A stretch of DNA of 64,000 nucleotides from Acanthaster planci. Taxonomy: Eukaryota. Where the stretch lies: NCBI RefSeq assembly GCF_001949145.1, contig NW_019091357.1, positions 1 through 64,000 of the forward strand. Direction: 5' to 3'. Positions 26,801 through 39,200 of this stretch are shown here, piece by piece; the first letter of the stretch is position 1; the number at the start of each line of letters is the position of its first letter. The notes beneath the pieces are model-generated. The model had not been told where the DNA came from. It saw only the letters and a list, made by a program, of their open reading frames with translations, and made no database searches. The translations under genes were made by a program, and so were the position numbers.

Positions 26801-29800
26801 AAAGATGACAATTGCCATCTGGCGAGATTTGCCGAGAGTTGTCGAGCCTGGTCTTGAAAATAAAATTTACGGGAATCTTCAATGCAAAAAATCTGTGAAC
26901 CATTACTAGATGGTAGAGCCCTTTCCATCCCAATATTTGGATGTTTAATATTGTTCTGGAGATTCCCTTGATAAGAATTTTCCTTATCAAAACATGAATG
27001 GTAATAGACGTGATGTGCGTATGTTTTTTTGTTTTGTTTTGTTTTAATTTGCTTACAATTCTTCACCAACTTAAAGTACAGTATTAAAATTCTGTCGTAT
27101 TAACATGGCGAAGGTCACCAGCACTGAAAGTTATTCACCAATCTGAAAACTATTTTACAAAACATTCTCTCAGAATGATTCAAATATCTTCAAATGCATG
27201 ACGGGCAAAAGTGTTCAAAACACTCAACATTTTACTGAATCCCTACGAACACAGAAGAGGTTAACAGATACAGTACGGCTGGGTCTCATCTGTTTTATTT
27301 TTGTTTTAGACCGACCCACATCATACATCGTTTAATCGACCTATTTCACAGCACCAAGATCAATTTAATTAACACAGTGATTAGAAATGTCTTCAACCTT
27401 GGAAGACTGTAGTCTTCCTTACTGATTTGCTCCCTAAAGAAGGGGCCACTTGTAGTGAGGAAATTAATTTTTGTGGCCGTGAACCGCCTTTTCGCCTGAG
27501 GTGTCCATTGTAATGCTCATATGCAGACGATAGAGTACATATACAGCGATTTTCCTTCCTCCATGGTTAGATTACAATGATTCATCCTATACATAGGCCT
27601 AAGTTTCTCGAAACGCAAATTGAATATGGCTTGCACATAATGAACTGATTTAAAATAACAGCGATGTGCGATCTATGTCCTTTAATCATTTCAAACATTT
27701 GCAAAACAAGTTAACACAATAGTCGAAAAAATTATAAATTCTTTCATTTCTCTCCTTTTTAAACGTCCGTCATTAATATACGTCAATTGATGAGATACGC
27801 AAGTCATCTACCCTCATAAGCTCAGTTTACCCAACTGGAACAAATGACCACCAATGCTGGTACAATAAACATTGAGCCAAGATCCCGGCTAATGATAAAT
27901 GTAAACAAAAAATGTACAGGACGTGTATTAGTCTTTTGTCAAAAAATGCTGTGATTAGCGAGAGTAACGATACTTAATTACTTCCCGCTGAATATCACAA
28001 CGTAATAAGAAGGTGTGGTCCTTGACAAACTGAAATGTTGTGTGTCCGGATAAACGGAGAAAGGTAGGTTTAGTAAGTCTTGAAAAGGTTACAATGGAAA
28101 AAAAACTATTTTTCAGGCGAAGAAACGTTTCCGGTTTAACTGATGACTTGTCAATCAAAACCAAAGTCGTGCATTTTGTGCATCGGGCTTTCACTGTCAA
28201 ATTAATGAAGTTAATCGTGGACTGAACTGATCTCGTAAAAGCAAAGGTAACTCAAATTTTGGCGTGAAACTAGGATACCGTGTCTTGACTCTTTCAAAGT
28301 CTGAATGAACATTTTTTTAGATTCCTCTACGAAGATTAGACAGGGGAGCGAATGCATCATGAGTCAGATCTAAGTGAAACACTGCAGAAATCTCGGTCTC
28401 TACAGCGTTTGTTTCAATCACTGACGATTGCTCACATTTCTTCACGCAGATTCCCGCTACCTAGGCTGTTTCTTTGACTCTATCCCAAATCGAGTACTCC
28501 CAAATCTGACCTTTTGTGGTGATGTCATGGAATTATGCAACAACTACTGCAGTACTACAGTTCCCTACTGTCAGAGCTCTACAAACATGTCCGTAACAAC
28601 CTGTCTGGGCCTGTGTTCTGGCAAAGACTTCATTTTCGCAGGGGTTCAAGCTGGCACGCAGTGCTTCTGCGGCGATGGAACGGCTGCGTACGATATAAAT
28701 GGCGAGGAAGACAACGAGGACTATTGCAAGTCTAACTGCAGAGGAGACATAACTCAAAATTGTGGAAGCGACTTCCGAATGCGAGTCTACGAAATCGGTG
28801 AGCTATAATGATCGATAACAAGCTAGTATGAAGGGATGAGTCCGTCTTAGTTGACAACGGGTGGAAATATCTATAATTAAAAGCCAATGTCTAGACACTT
28901 ATGCGAATCAATTTCCGACAAGTACATTGCTTCATGAAGGTAATATTAGGCCCTATCAGTTTCTTGGCAATGATTGCCTTATAAGTATAAGAGTTGATCG
29001 CCAAAACTAAGCACTCAATCAAATGCGTGAACCCATGCGACTAGCGTATTTGAGTTTTCATGTATGCGCCTGTGCATTGTAAGTGTTCCCGTGAGCCATT
29101 TTTCGCAAGTCTTAACGTTACAGTGATTGAAATCTAGAAAGTCAGTAACTATTAATAAAAACTTCATCATTTGACAGGATGCCTGCCCATCGACGCACGA
29201 CCGCACACTACAGTCTTGCCGGCCAACGAGAACTTTTTTGAGGTTGGTCAGACTGTGAGTATTTCGTGTCAAAAAGATTTCTTCGCAACCGGTCCAGGCA
29301 ATCTGACGTGCCTGCCACTTGGAAGATGGGATCTTGCACCGCCATCTTGTCTCCCGAATGTTTGCAAGGCACCAGAGCCGCCACCGGGCACTGTCGACCA
29401 GGGAAATACAACCCAGGGTAGTTTGGAGTTCCGTGGAGGAGACACGCTGGCTTACAATTGTTCAGATTCAAACATCGCAGTTAGCATTAGCTGCATCAAG
29501 GGCGAATGGGTGGCAGACTCAATGTGTCCAGGTTAGCGGAAAGATGAGAACATGACAAAAAGGAGTTCACCTAAAAGATTTCTCAGAAGAAACGCCAAAG
29601 TTGTGCAAGAACACATTTCTTGTGAATAATTGAATCCAACAGAGCATGCAAATTTGGAGGAGTCACTTGAGAAACCTTGTTTCCACAATAAGGACCCATA
29701 TACAACGACGAGAGCATTAAACTGAATGTAGAGCGAAAGCAGTATGCAGGCGGTATGTTACTTTTACACACATGACGGAATCCCACGTTTAGTTCACAGA

Positions 29801-32800
29801 TTAGTGAACGTCCAGAAATAGTAGTAGCATCCATGGGAAGAATGGAATTCCTTATCGCCCAGAAGTTTGTTATTATTTGTCTGTTCATTAGCCCAAACGT
29901 GGCTACGATCGGGATTAACACGAACGTTTCTGACAAATAGAAGTCTATGAGCCGCAATTGCATGTCTGGATTTACCGCCGATATCACGATAAACTTCAGT
30001 TTATGTAAACTAAGTGAGAAGAAATCTTCTCAATATCTTAATTCCTAACATTAACAGCCCGTATATATGTATATTTAAGGTTTTTAGCTTGTTTTCAGAA
30101 GCTTTTATTTTTTATTTCTCGAATTTTCAATTCATTCTGCCTCATTCTTATTTCTTTGCAGGTACTCAACCAACCAGCGAGCCAACAACAATGATGACGT
30201 TCATGGTTACCGAAATGTTTGACGGTAAGAGTAGGAAGAGTTTGTATTTCCTTTTCTGAATTTTCAAGAACACTTATTAAAGAAATCATTTCTGTCTTTT
30301 GTTTACAGCATTATTTTAGTTATTGTGATATTATTCACGTACTTCTGCGTATTCTATCATGAACTGTTCGAGACGCGTCTTAGTTTGGGAAGAGTCCAGC
30401 TATTTTTTTTTTCAGAAAACTTATTCCATCAATTATGAACAGTAATTAAGCAAATTTTCAAATCGTCAATATTTGAGCTATGGTTTGCTTTCGCCAAATG
30501 CATGAAACCACTACAACAAACTGCCAACTGTGACCACGGAGGCATAAAAGTCAAATGAACGATAAAATTATTCAAATTCAAATTTCATATTGTGCAGCCT
30601 TGATGAGTTCAGTTCATCAGTACAGCAATTACATGGTGTGTTAGAGAGACATCAAAATCAATATTATTCTCTTATTTTTTGTTTTGTTTTAAGCATCATC
30701 TTTGAGTTCTGTGCCCGACCAGATGACTACAGATGAAGGTAGCATCTTCCTCGATTATACACTTGTGTTCTCGTGTCCTAGGTTAGAACCAACTGGTTTC
30801 AAATGACAGTGAGACCGAGAAGAGTTATTTTTCTAATTTTAGTTTTCTCGGCCATTTTGTAGGAACTGTCGCAGCATCTTCTTTTCATTGAAACATTATT
30901 TCTCCGCAGGCAATACATGCAATGTTATTTTAATTACAGATATTGCAAGTGTCAAACATTATAAAGTTTTTATAGAAAGATAGTTTGTCTTCAGAAATAT
31001 TTTGCAACCGATTAGGAAATTTAAGAATATAATAATGAATGTAGAACAGCATTGTTAAAAGCCTATTAAGAAAAATTCGCTACACTCAACTGACAACCGT
31101 AGCCAAGGAAATATAGAAGCCAAGCGGACAGAAAAGGATTTTAATAAAGCTTGCATTCTTGCTAATTTCCACAGACAACGGCGTTCATTTCCATCAAAAT
31201 GTGAACTTTCACTTCAAAATTTGTATATTTTCCCACCCCTGTAACATTTATGTCACGTCATATATTTTATATCACCCTTTTAAGCAACAGGACAAAACAG
31301 AACAAACGAGCTGTGGGCAACAAATTCAGGCAGTACAGGTAATTTGTCTTTTTTTCCAAAAGAAACAAGAGCAAGAAATGACAGTGCAATTTTTTCAGCA
31401 GACCTTTTTATATACTAAAAGATGAGAAAACGCATGTTCTTTCAACACATGTATCAGGGAGTTTTAAATCGTCAGTAATACCTCCGTTCAGAACTAATTT
31501 AGTGAATTTCATCACTTCTTCGATTTAGATATAAGAAGCAAAAAATAAACTACTCAAATTCATGCCTGTTTATAAAACGGCAGAGATGGTGTCCTTTGCT
31601 TGATCTTATAAAATAAATCATGCATTCATGTGCAGCCTTTCGTTATGTTGATGTCTTTATACAGAATTTGCGAGTTCAACTCAAGCAACGGTAATACATG
31701 TAGATGTCATGACAACACCTCTGGGGGATGTCACAACCTTGACATCGTCGGTCACATCTTCTCGAGAACGTAAGCTAAACCTATTTGACGCTGCAGGTGC
31801 AATGGAATTTACTTGATTTGCTTTGTGTGCAAAGTAACATTTATTACAAGTTAGTAGCTTATCTACATCAGTGCATGGTGCAGGCGAGAGTTCAATTAAA
31901 TACACGGTGAATGAGCCTGCGAAATTATAGAGGGCGCTTTGTTGCTGAGACTGGCTACTATCTGCATGTAAATAGCCCAATCAAGCCAGCAAGAATAAGG
32001 ACAATGCATGCAAGACACGAACAAACAAGGACAATGCCTTCACGCTTATCAATAATTATGTCAAACTGACTAACATTGATCCACAGATGGCGCCCCATTA
32101 TTTACCTCCTGCTAATCCATATAGCACAGTATGCTTGTATGTACAGTACATATGCAGATACCTACAAAGTTTAGTAAATGTAAAACGCTCGCTGTGTGCA
32201 TACCGAGCTTGACACACTAGCGATCGAAACTCAGATAATTGCACAGGGTCATTTGTTTGGAGGCAGCTATTATGAAAAATTCACGCCGTCGTCACTTGAA
32301 TGCGCAACACTCGTTAACGTCGTTTGTTCCTGACAGGCCGTTTGCAGAATTCAGCATTTTCCGGTAATTTTCATTGCCTGCATCTCTTCATGTAGTTCAA
32401 ATATATAAACAGCTGTAATTGGAACGTACTTTTTAATTTGTCATTTTTCTCTTTTTATTTTATTTTTAGAGACTGTACGCATGTTGTGGTTAATCATCAT
32501 TGTGGGTGCCGCCCTGTTTTTCTTTGTTGTTGTCTTGTTCATTGCTATCATCACAGTATGTAGAAAGTAAGTACATCTTTAAATGAATCAGCAATAAATA
32601 TCTATTCCCATTCATGACGATGACGTCCCGGTTGACCAAATAGATTATGTCCTCGTCTATTATCTATTGCAAGCGTTATGTAAACTTGTCTTTATGATCT
32701 GGAATGTCCCAGCACTATCCCCATGCTCAGATTAGTAATCATATTCGTTTGGACCGCCAAATTATTTGTTTTCATCTTCACAGCAACTAGTCCTGAAGAT

Positions 32801-34018
32801 ATTGCTGCCTTTTTTAAAGAAAAAATGTTTCTAATTTCTAATATAGCCTAAGCGGGATTTTCCCCGCTTAATCTCGTGCGCACAGGAAAACTTACGATTG
32901 TAAAATCTTTTTTACAGAGCACTTTGATTTTGAAATAGCAAAAACGATTTATTAGGCTTTTCTGAAGAAAAAGTGGGCAAAGCCAGAAAACCTGCGGGAA
33001 AAATGATCAAAATCGCACCCCTATACATTTCCAAAGGCCCAAAAGGCTATTTGTGCGCATGCGTGTATAATTATGAATTTATTANNNNNNNNNNNNNNNN
33101 NNNNNNNNNNNNNNNNNNNNNNNNNNNNNNNNNNNNNNNNNNNNNNNNNNNNNNNNNNNNNNNNNNNNNNNNNNNNNNNNNNNNNNNNNNNNNNNNNNNN
33201 NNNNNNNNNNNNNNNNNNNNNNNNNNNNNNNNNNNNNNNNNNNNNNNNNNNNNNNNNNNNNNNNNNNNNNNNNNNNNNNNNNNNNNNNNNNNNNNNNNNN
33301 NNNNNNNNNNNNNNNNNNNNNNNNNNNNNNNNNNNNNNNNNNNNNNNNNNNNNNNNNNNNNNNNNNNNNNNNNNNNNNNNNNNNNNNNNNNNNNNNNNNN
33401 NNNNNNNNNNNNNNNNNNNNNNNNNNNNNNNNNNNNNNNNNNNNNNNNNNNNNNNNNNNNNNNNNNNNNNNNNNNNNNNNNNNNNNNNNNNNNNNNNNNN
33501 NNNNNNNNNNNNNNNNNNNNNGTGAAAAGGTCTATCACGTGTACTTTATTTGCCACCTTCACCATGAAACCTTCCAATCGCATCATTTGAAAATATTTAC
33601 ACTTTGCAGGAAAGCTGAAAGAGATAAACCGATCAATTTCCAAAGAAATTCCGAATTTCCGAAAATCGAGGATATATCACAAGTAAACTATGCGTACGAG
33701 GGTGACAGTGAAGACCAGCCACACCAGAATGGTCGCCAAACAACCGGATCACCAATCAGAATCAGTACTTTGCACTCACAACGGGAGATCACGGTAAACA
33801 ATAATGATAACACCCATAACTATGCAAACCCTGTCGCCCCTGCCTACACCATTAACCATTCGGGAACTGTTCCAAATGAATGTTCACCAGCTACGCATAA
33901 CCATATCATTAACGCCGAGGCGAGAACTGGATCGTGGGTGGACTTACCTGATATTCCGGAACCAGACTACGATATGGCATCGAGGGAATCATATGTAGAA
34001 GTTGTGACAAAACTTTGA
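23881..34018 (+). CDS. Gene C: WSC + 2xCCP + S/T stalk type I membrane receptor, about 516 aa, at least 9 coding exons
   Basis: Exons 23881-23956 (signal MPAFNCFIVALPVTMVFVVSTAYGQ), 28450-28797 (WSC), 29178-29531 (two CCPs), 30162-30224, 30694-30738, 31285-31338, 31665-31769 (stalk), 32470-32566 (TM MLWLIIIVGAALFFFVVVLFIAIITVC), 33610-34018 (tail ending VTKL). Frame continuous (1551 nt). Small stalk exons are less certain; the gap 33085-33521 could hide an exon. Confidence 0.85.
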
Positions 34019-36249
34019 ATAATGTTCATCACAGTTGTCTGGGAGGTATCTTTTCACCTGGTTCCTTCCCCGGGCTGTGTCTCAACGCTGAGTTATTGTA
34101 CAGAGCATAAGTATAAAGAACATCAAATGTTTCAATTTATTCCAAGCACAAACTCAAGACGGAAGACTAGAGTTCAGATTTATGGAAGCAACAAACTTAA
34201 ATTGTTTTCCAGCATTTTGAGTAACCATTGCCAAGTTAATGTGAAACTTGTAGACTACCTTGTTTTCAACAAGTACAAGAACAAAATAACAAAATATTTT
34301 GTAAAGCAACTGCATATATAGGCCCTAGTTGAATTTAATAATGAAATTTTGTAACTATACTGACATTTGTGCATAATGTAAACTGTGTTATGAATCTAAG
34401 GATTACGTTTCGCTTTTGATAATAACAAGTTTTTAACCCTAACAGTCCCAAATCCTCGGATTTCAATATGATTTTACATACACCCTAGGGGGTTAGGGTT
34501 AATGGACGATTTTCATTCGTTATCAAAGATACTGTGAACTTTTGAACTGTTGGCAAAGATTGCATCGTACATAGTTTGTTACTTGTTTTGTGCTATACAC
34601 TTTACTGTAATTTGACATTTGTGAAGGCGACGAGCAACTGATGTACTCTGAGCCATTCCGCTCCACGGCCTTAAAACTGAACAGTTACGAGAAAAACAAC
34701 ATACGCTTTATGCGAAATCAGCTTACAAACAACAAATGGTTATAACATTAATAAAATGGGCAAGGTGTAAGTTGCACATTTTTTTATTTTTTTAATGAAT
34801 CCTCGAAGAGCCGGAACTGTTAATAGAGTTTCCTTTCAAGGTACATGTGGATAGCACGCTTCTTTTCAATTTTTTTCAATAAACAATATTTAACACAAAA
34901 CATGTTTTGCCTCATGACGACATAAGTATAAGTTGGATAATAACTTGGAATAGGTCACCAAGCATTGATACTGGACGATCTTGAGCTTATCATGTCACTT
35001 TTGATGGGAGTTTTAGTAGATTTGAACGTTTTTACTTTGCTCTATTGTAGTTATTTTCAAGACTTCCTAATATTAAAATGTTCAATACACAAAGGTAATT
35101 TTTAAATAATTTTATGTGGAAATTATGACTTGATCCGTCAAATGGATGGAAGCGATATAACAGAAAGTCTTCAGAAATATTAAATGGTTAAATTGTATAG
35201 CTCAACTTACGAATTCAAATAGGATACTTCAAATCGGAAATAATGATAAAATATTCACGAAAACAGTAGCCACTTTTACACGTTGACAATTTGTAAAAAA
35301 ACACCTGTAGGTAGCAACATTTGTAAAACTACCTGTAGCAACGTTCCCCTTTGCATGATCTACAGAAGCAAAGTCAGATGAAGGAGATGATCTATCACAT
35401 TGCATTTATAGATGATTTGATGATTATTGAATTTATTTATGCTGACAATTATTTACCCTCCTTTTATATTTTGTTGTTTCGGTTCTTATGGATTAAATTA
35501 TATTTTCCACAAAATGAAAAACCAATAGATCAACAGGAGGAAAACTTTGAACGATACATTGTTGCTTCTTGATATCTTGGCAACAATTAACTTTACAAAC
35601 TATTAAATGTGAATATGAAAATTAAATTGTAAAGAATAAAGCTGTGCATGCATTTCATATGGTTCTGAATAAATCAGAAAAACAAGTCATTCGTCCAACA
35701 TGCTTCTTTAATCATAAGCACCAGTTGAAGAGCCCCTCCCCTTTGTCTACAAGGTGCATTGAATGCTCAAAATTTACTGTGAAACTGAAAGGAGTATGAA
35801 AATGTGTTTTCACTTAAAATCCCATCAGACAAATTTCATTGACAGTTTGGAAGCTTCAATATATAACCCAAATTGCGAGCAGTTAAATGTAACCTACATT
35901 CGTCTGCACACAATACCTACCGGCATACTAAAGTCAAGCATAACTAATGAGCTTGTGAAAAACAGAAAATGATAATTATGTCTAGGATCTTGACGTCTCC
36001 TTGCTTTGCACAACAGCATTTCTTGCCGACGCAAACATATTTTTGTGTCGTATTTTATGAGTGCGTCCCTCTGTCATAAGCGAGCCAGGCTTATGCAGTG
36101 TACATTGAACACTTAAATTGTACGGCGTACGACTTTATGTAGTGGTTTACATCGAGGCAATTAACACACGAGTTTATTGTGGCTACGACAGAACAAGGAT
36201 GCAGAACAGGCGTGCGAGCGTAGCGCAGGTCAGACACATCGTTCAAGCA

Positions 36250-39200
36250 ATGGCGGTCACAAAGGATCCATTCACTCATTATGTTTCCTGCTGGCTTTGT
36301 GGCTTATTAATACTGAATCTACACTGTCTTCCCGTTATTTCACAAGGTGAGTAATTTACCTCTCTTTTGAGAACAAAAACTCGCCGATTGCAGTGTTGAT
36401 TCCAAAGACTGATTTGATTACATTTGATGCATTTACGACGCCTTATAAAACTCCCGTAATTACGATTGAATTCGAAATACAAGCACGAATATACTTTTTA
36501 CACAAAATTGTAGGCAGGCTGAAATTTTCGACGTCTAGACTGCTAAAAATGTAACCGATTTAAAGGTAAAACAATCGAGAAAGATCCGCATCCGAGCAAA
36601 CAGACTCAATAACATGATTTACTGCCAAAAAACAGGTTAGGCTATTCGTAGGTGAGGATACACAGCATACAGATGTCCCTTTAAACATCATTAAGTATTG
36701 TTTAATAAATAATTTTCCATTGTAAAGTATCATGCGTGTTACGTATGTACTTATCCTGTTTGAATTTTGCCTGCTTTAATTAATCAAAACTCTTGTGTAC
36801 TCGACCCGTACTGACAAGACGATCAAGGCTGAGGTGTGAGGCCTTGCAAAGAGTAAACCGGTACTCCTTTCATTCATGTGGCCATTAGTACACTTATTAT
36901 TCAAATGTCTCGTTTCGGGAAGCATTCAAGGTGAGCAAAGAGCTTCTCATTTACTAGTTTATTTGACGGCTGCACGCATGCATCCACGCGATACCAGTCC
37001 CGATTGAAACATGATTGATCCTTCGTCGAAGACCCATCAACCCATTATATAATATTGAACATCTTGGCTAAAACCTTCAATGTGGACATTGATTTCATTA
37101 GGAACATTTTGAGTAAGTTTTACGACATTAACCTTCTTGATTAAAGTGGAGTATTTTGGGAAAACGGCCAATGAATTAATTACGCAAAATATCAGATTCT
37201 CTTCCTTTAGAGAAATTACCCACTCCTAAAATGAGCATTGAGAAAAATACTTAAGCAAAATACAGAGTGAAACCGTTTCTTGGTTCATTGATTCCCCGTT
37301 GCTAATTCCTCTCAAACAAAATTTAAAAAGTCTAGCAATCTTGTTTTAAACTTCATTCTTATTGAGAACTGACGAAGCAGATGTGGTATAACATCAACAC
37401 GACACACGACTTGCTCTGGAATTTCCTTTAATGCCTAGCTATTGCGTGCCAAAACCTTGTGTAAATTACATATTTTCTGAGGTGACGCCCTTTCTCCGGG
37501 CGCATCTCAGTATTTTCTTTCCATGACAAACACCCACATAACAATTCATCTAATATTATCATCTCTTCTCGTGCATTGGTGTTTCCTGCAGAGGCCTGGT
37601 GGACAAAAAATCTGTCATTAGTCCAAAATATAGGAAATTGATCTTTCTTATATGATGTTTATGGATTTCCTATCTGTATTATGTATCGTATAGAGTTACT
37701 AGTATTTAGCGTGCCCTCACCAATTATTGTCATTTGAGATAGATGACTTGACTTGCCAACAGTTTCGAATAGCTTTCCATCGACTGTCAGTATTATACCC
37801 ATGAAGTAACCGCACGAACGTTAACATTTTGTCATATAAGCAGGAAGGCCTAGACTGAAAAGTTGCAACAGTATGGAGATACTGTTGCAATAAATCAAAA
37901 CCATAAAGGGCATTAATGAGAGACGACTCTCTCATTTCGCTGTTAACAAAAAAAACAATCATACGTTTCTCACCTTTTTGCTGAGTGTTTATTATAAGGA
38001 AATGAATGTATGTACAGCTGCTATACTTCAGGGCAACAAGGAAGTTGATGGTCAATTAGGTTTTGTTTTCCTCTAAAAATAAGTTTTATGGTTATACGCA
38101 TCTGCATGTTACGGTATATACCTAACTAATTCTGGCCCATTTTTTTATTTGTTCGTTGGATTAAATGAACTAAAAACCCCTTTTTAAAATGTATTAATTA
38201 CATTTTGTACTTTCTCTGTAAACTTTGTTCATAAACTAATTATTTCCAGAAAACGCGACGGAGACAGCTACAGAAACCACATTCGCCATATTATCCTCAA
38301 CAGAAACGAATTACACGGGTGACGCAACTATGACATCACTTACTATTAATTCTACCACTGAGCCAAGAGGTCAGTGAGTTTATCTTATTACGAGTCATAA
38401 GGACAGAAACAGATGAGAGAAATGGATAGTAATCTTTATTCTTCTAAAGACTGCTTAAGGAACAGTCACTGGATACTGTAATCTGAGTTGTGTTAATTGT
38501 TGTTGGTTTATATTACTTTAAGTTAAATCTCACTTTAATTAAAGACTGTAAATTTATATTATTTTTTTGAATGTTATTATTCATTCAGAAGTTCAAACTG
38601 AAATGGTTACAGATCTGGTGACAGCGTTGGCGAACGCCACAACGGCCCAAGAAGGTAAGTGTGTGTTTTTAATGTCCACGTCAGTGGAGATTTCTTAAAT
38701 TGAATTCTGTGTTTATTCCAATAAGGCCTACATTTGAAACCCTTTAACATATGGAATAGTTTGCTTATCGTCTTTTTTCTCGATATATTGTCATTCTTCA
38801 GAATTTCAAACAAACTTGCTGACAGTGGAGGGAACGGAGCTGCAGAACACGACAGTATTCCAAGAGGGTAATTTCTCTTTAATCTTTATAATCAATTGCT
38901 AGAGTGCTGGAAGTGCTCCAATTACATTTTGTACTTTCTCTGTAAACTTTGTTCATAAACTAATTATTTCCAGAAAACGCGACGGAGACAGCTACAGAAA
39001 CCACATTCGCCATATTATCCTCAACAGAAACGAATTACACGGGTGACGCAACTATGACATCATTGACTATTAATTCTACCACTGAGCCAAGAGGTCAGTG
39101 AGTTTATCTTATTACGAGTCAGAAGGACAGAAACAGATGAGAGAAATGGATAGTAACCTGTATTCTTCTAAAGACTGCTTAAGGAACAGTCACTGGATAC

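Noticed and set aside
32087..32115. Alternative terminal exon giving a secreted gene C isoform
   Set aside because: Weak acceptor, only 9 codons, no supporting evidence.
32973..33643. Long ORFs across 33085-33521 (also 13602-13641 and 50170-50373)
   Set aside because: Artefacts of assembly N gaps.
34433..34502. TTAA-flanked ccctaac/gttaggg mini element or telomeric seed
   Set aside because: Only 7-bp inverted ends over about 60 bp; too short to support.
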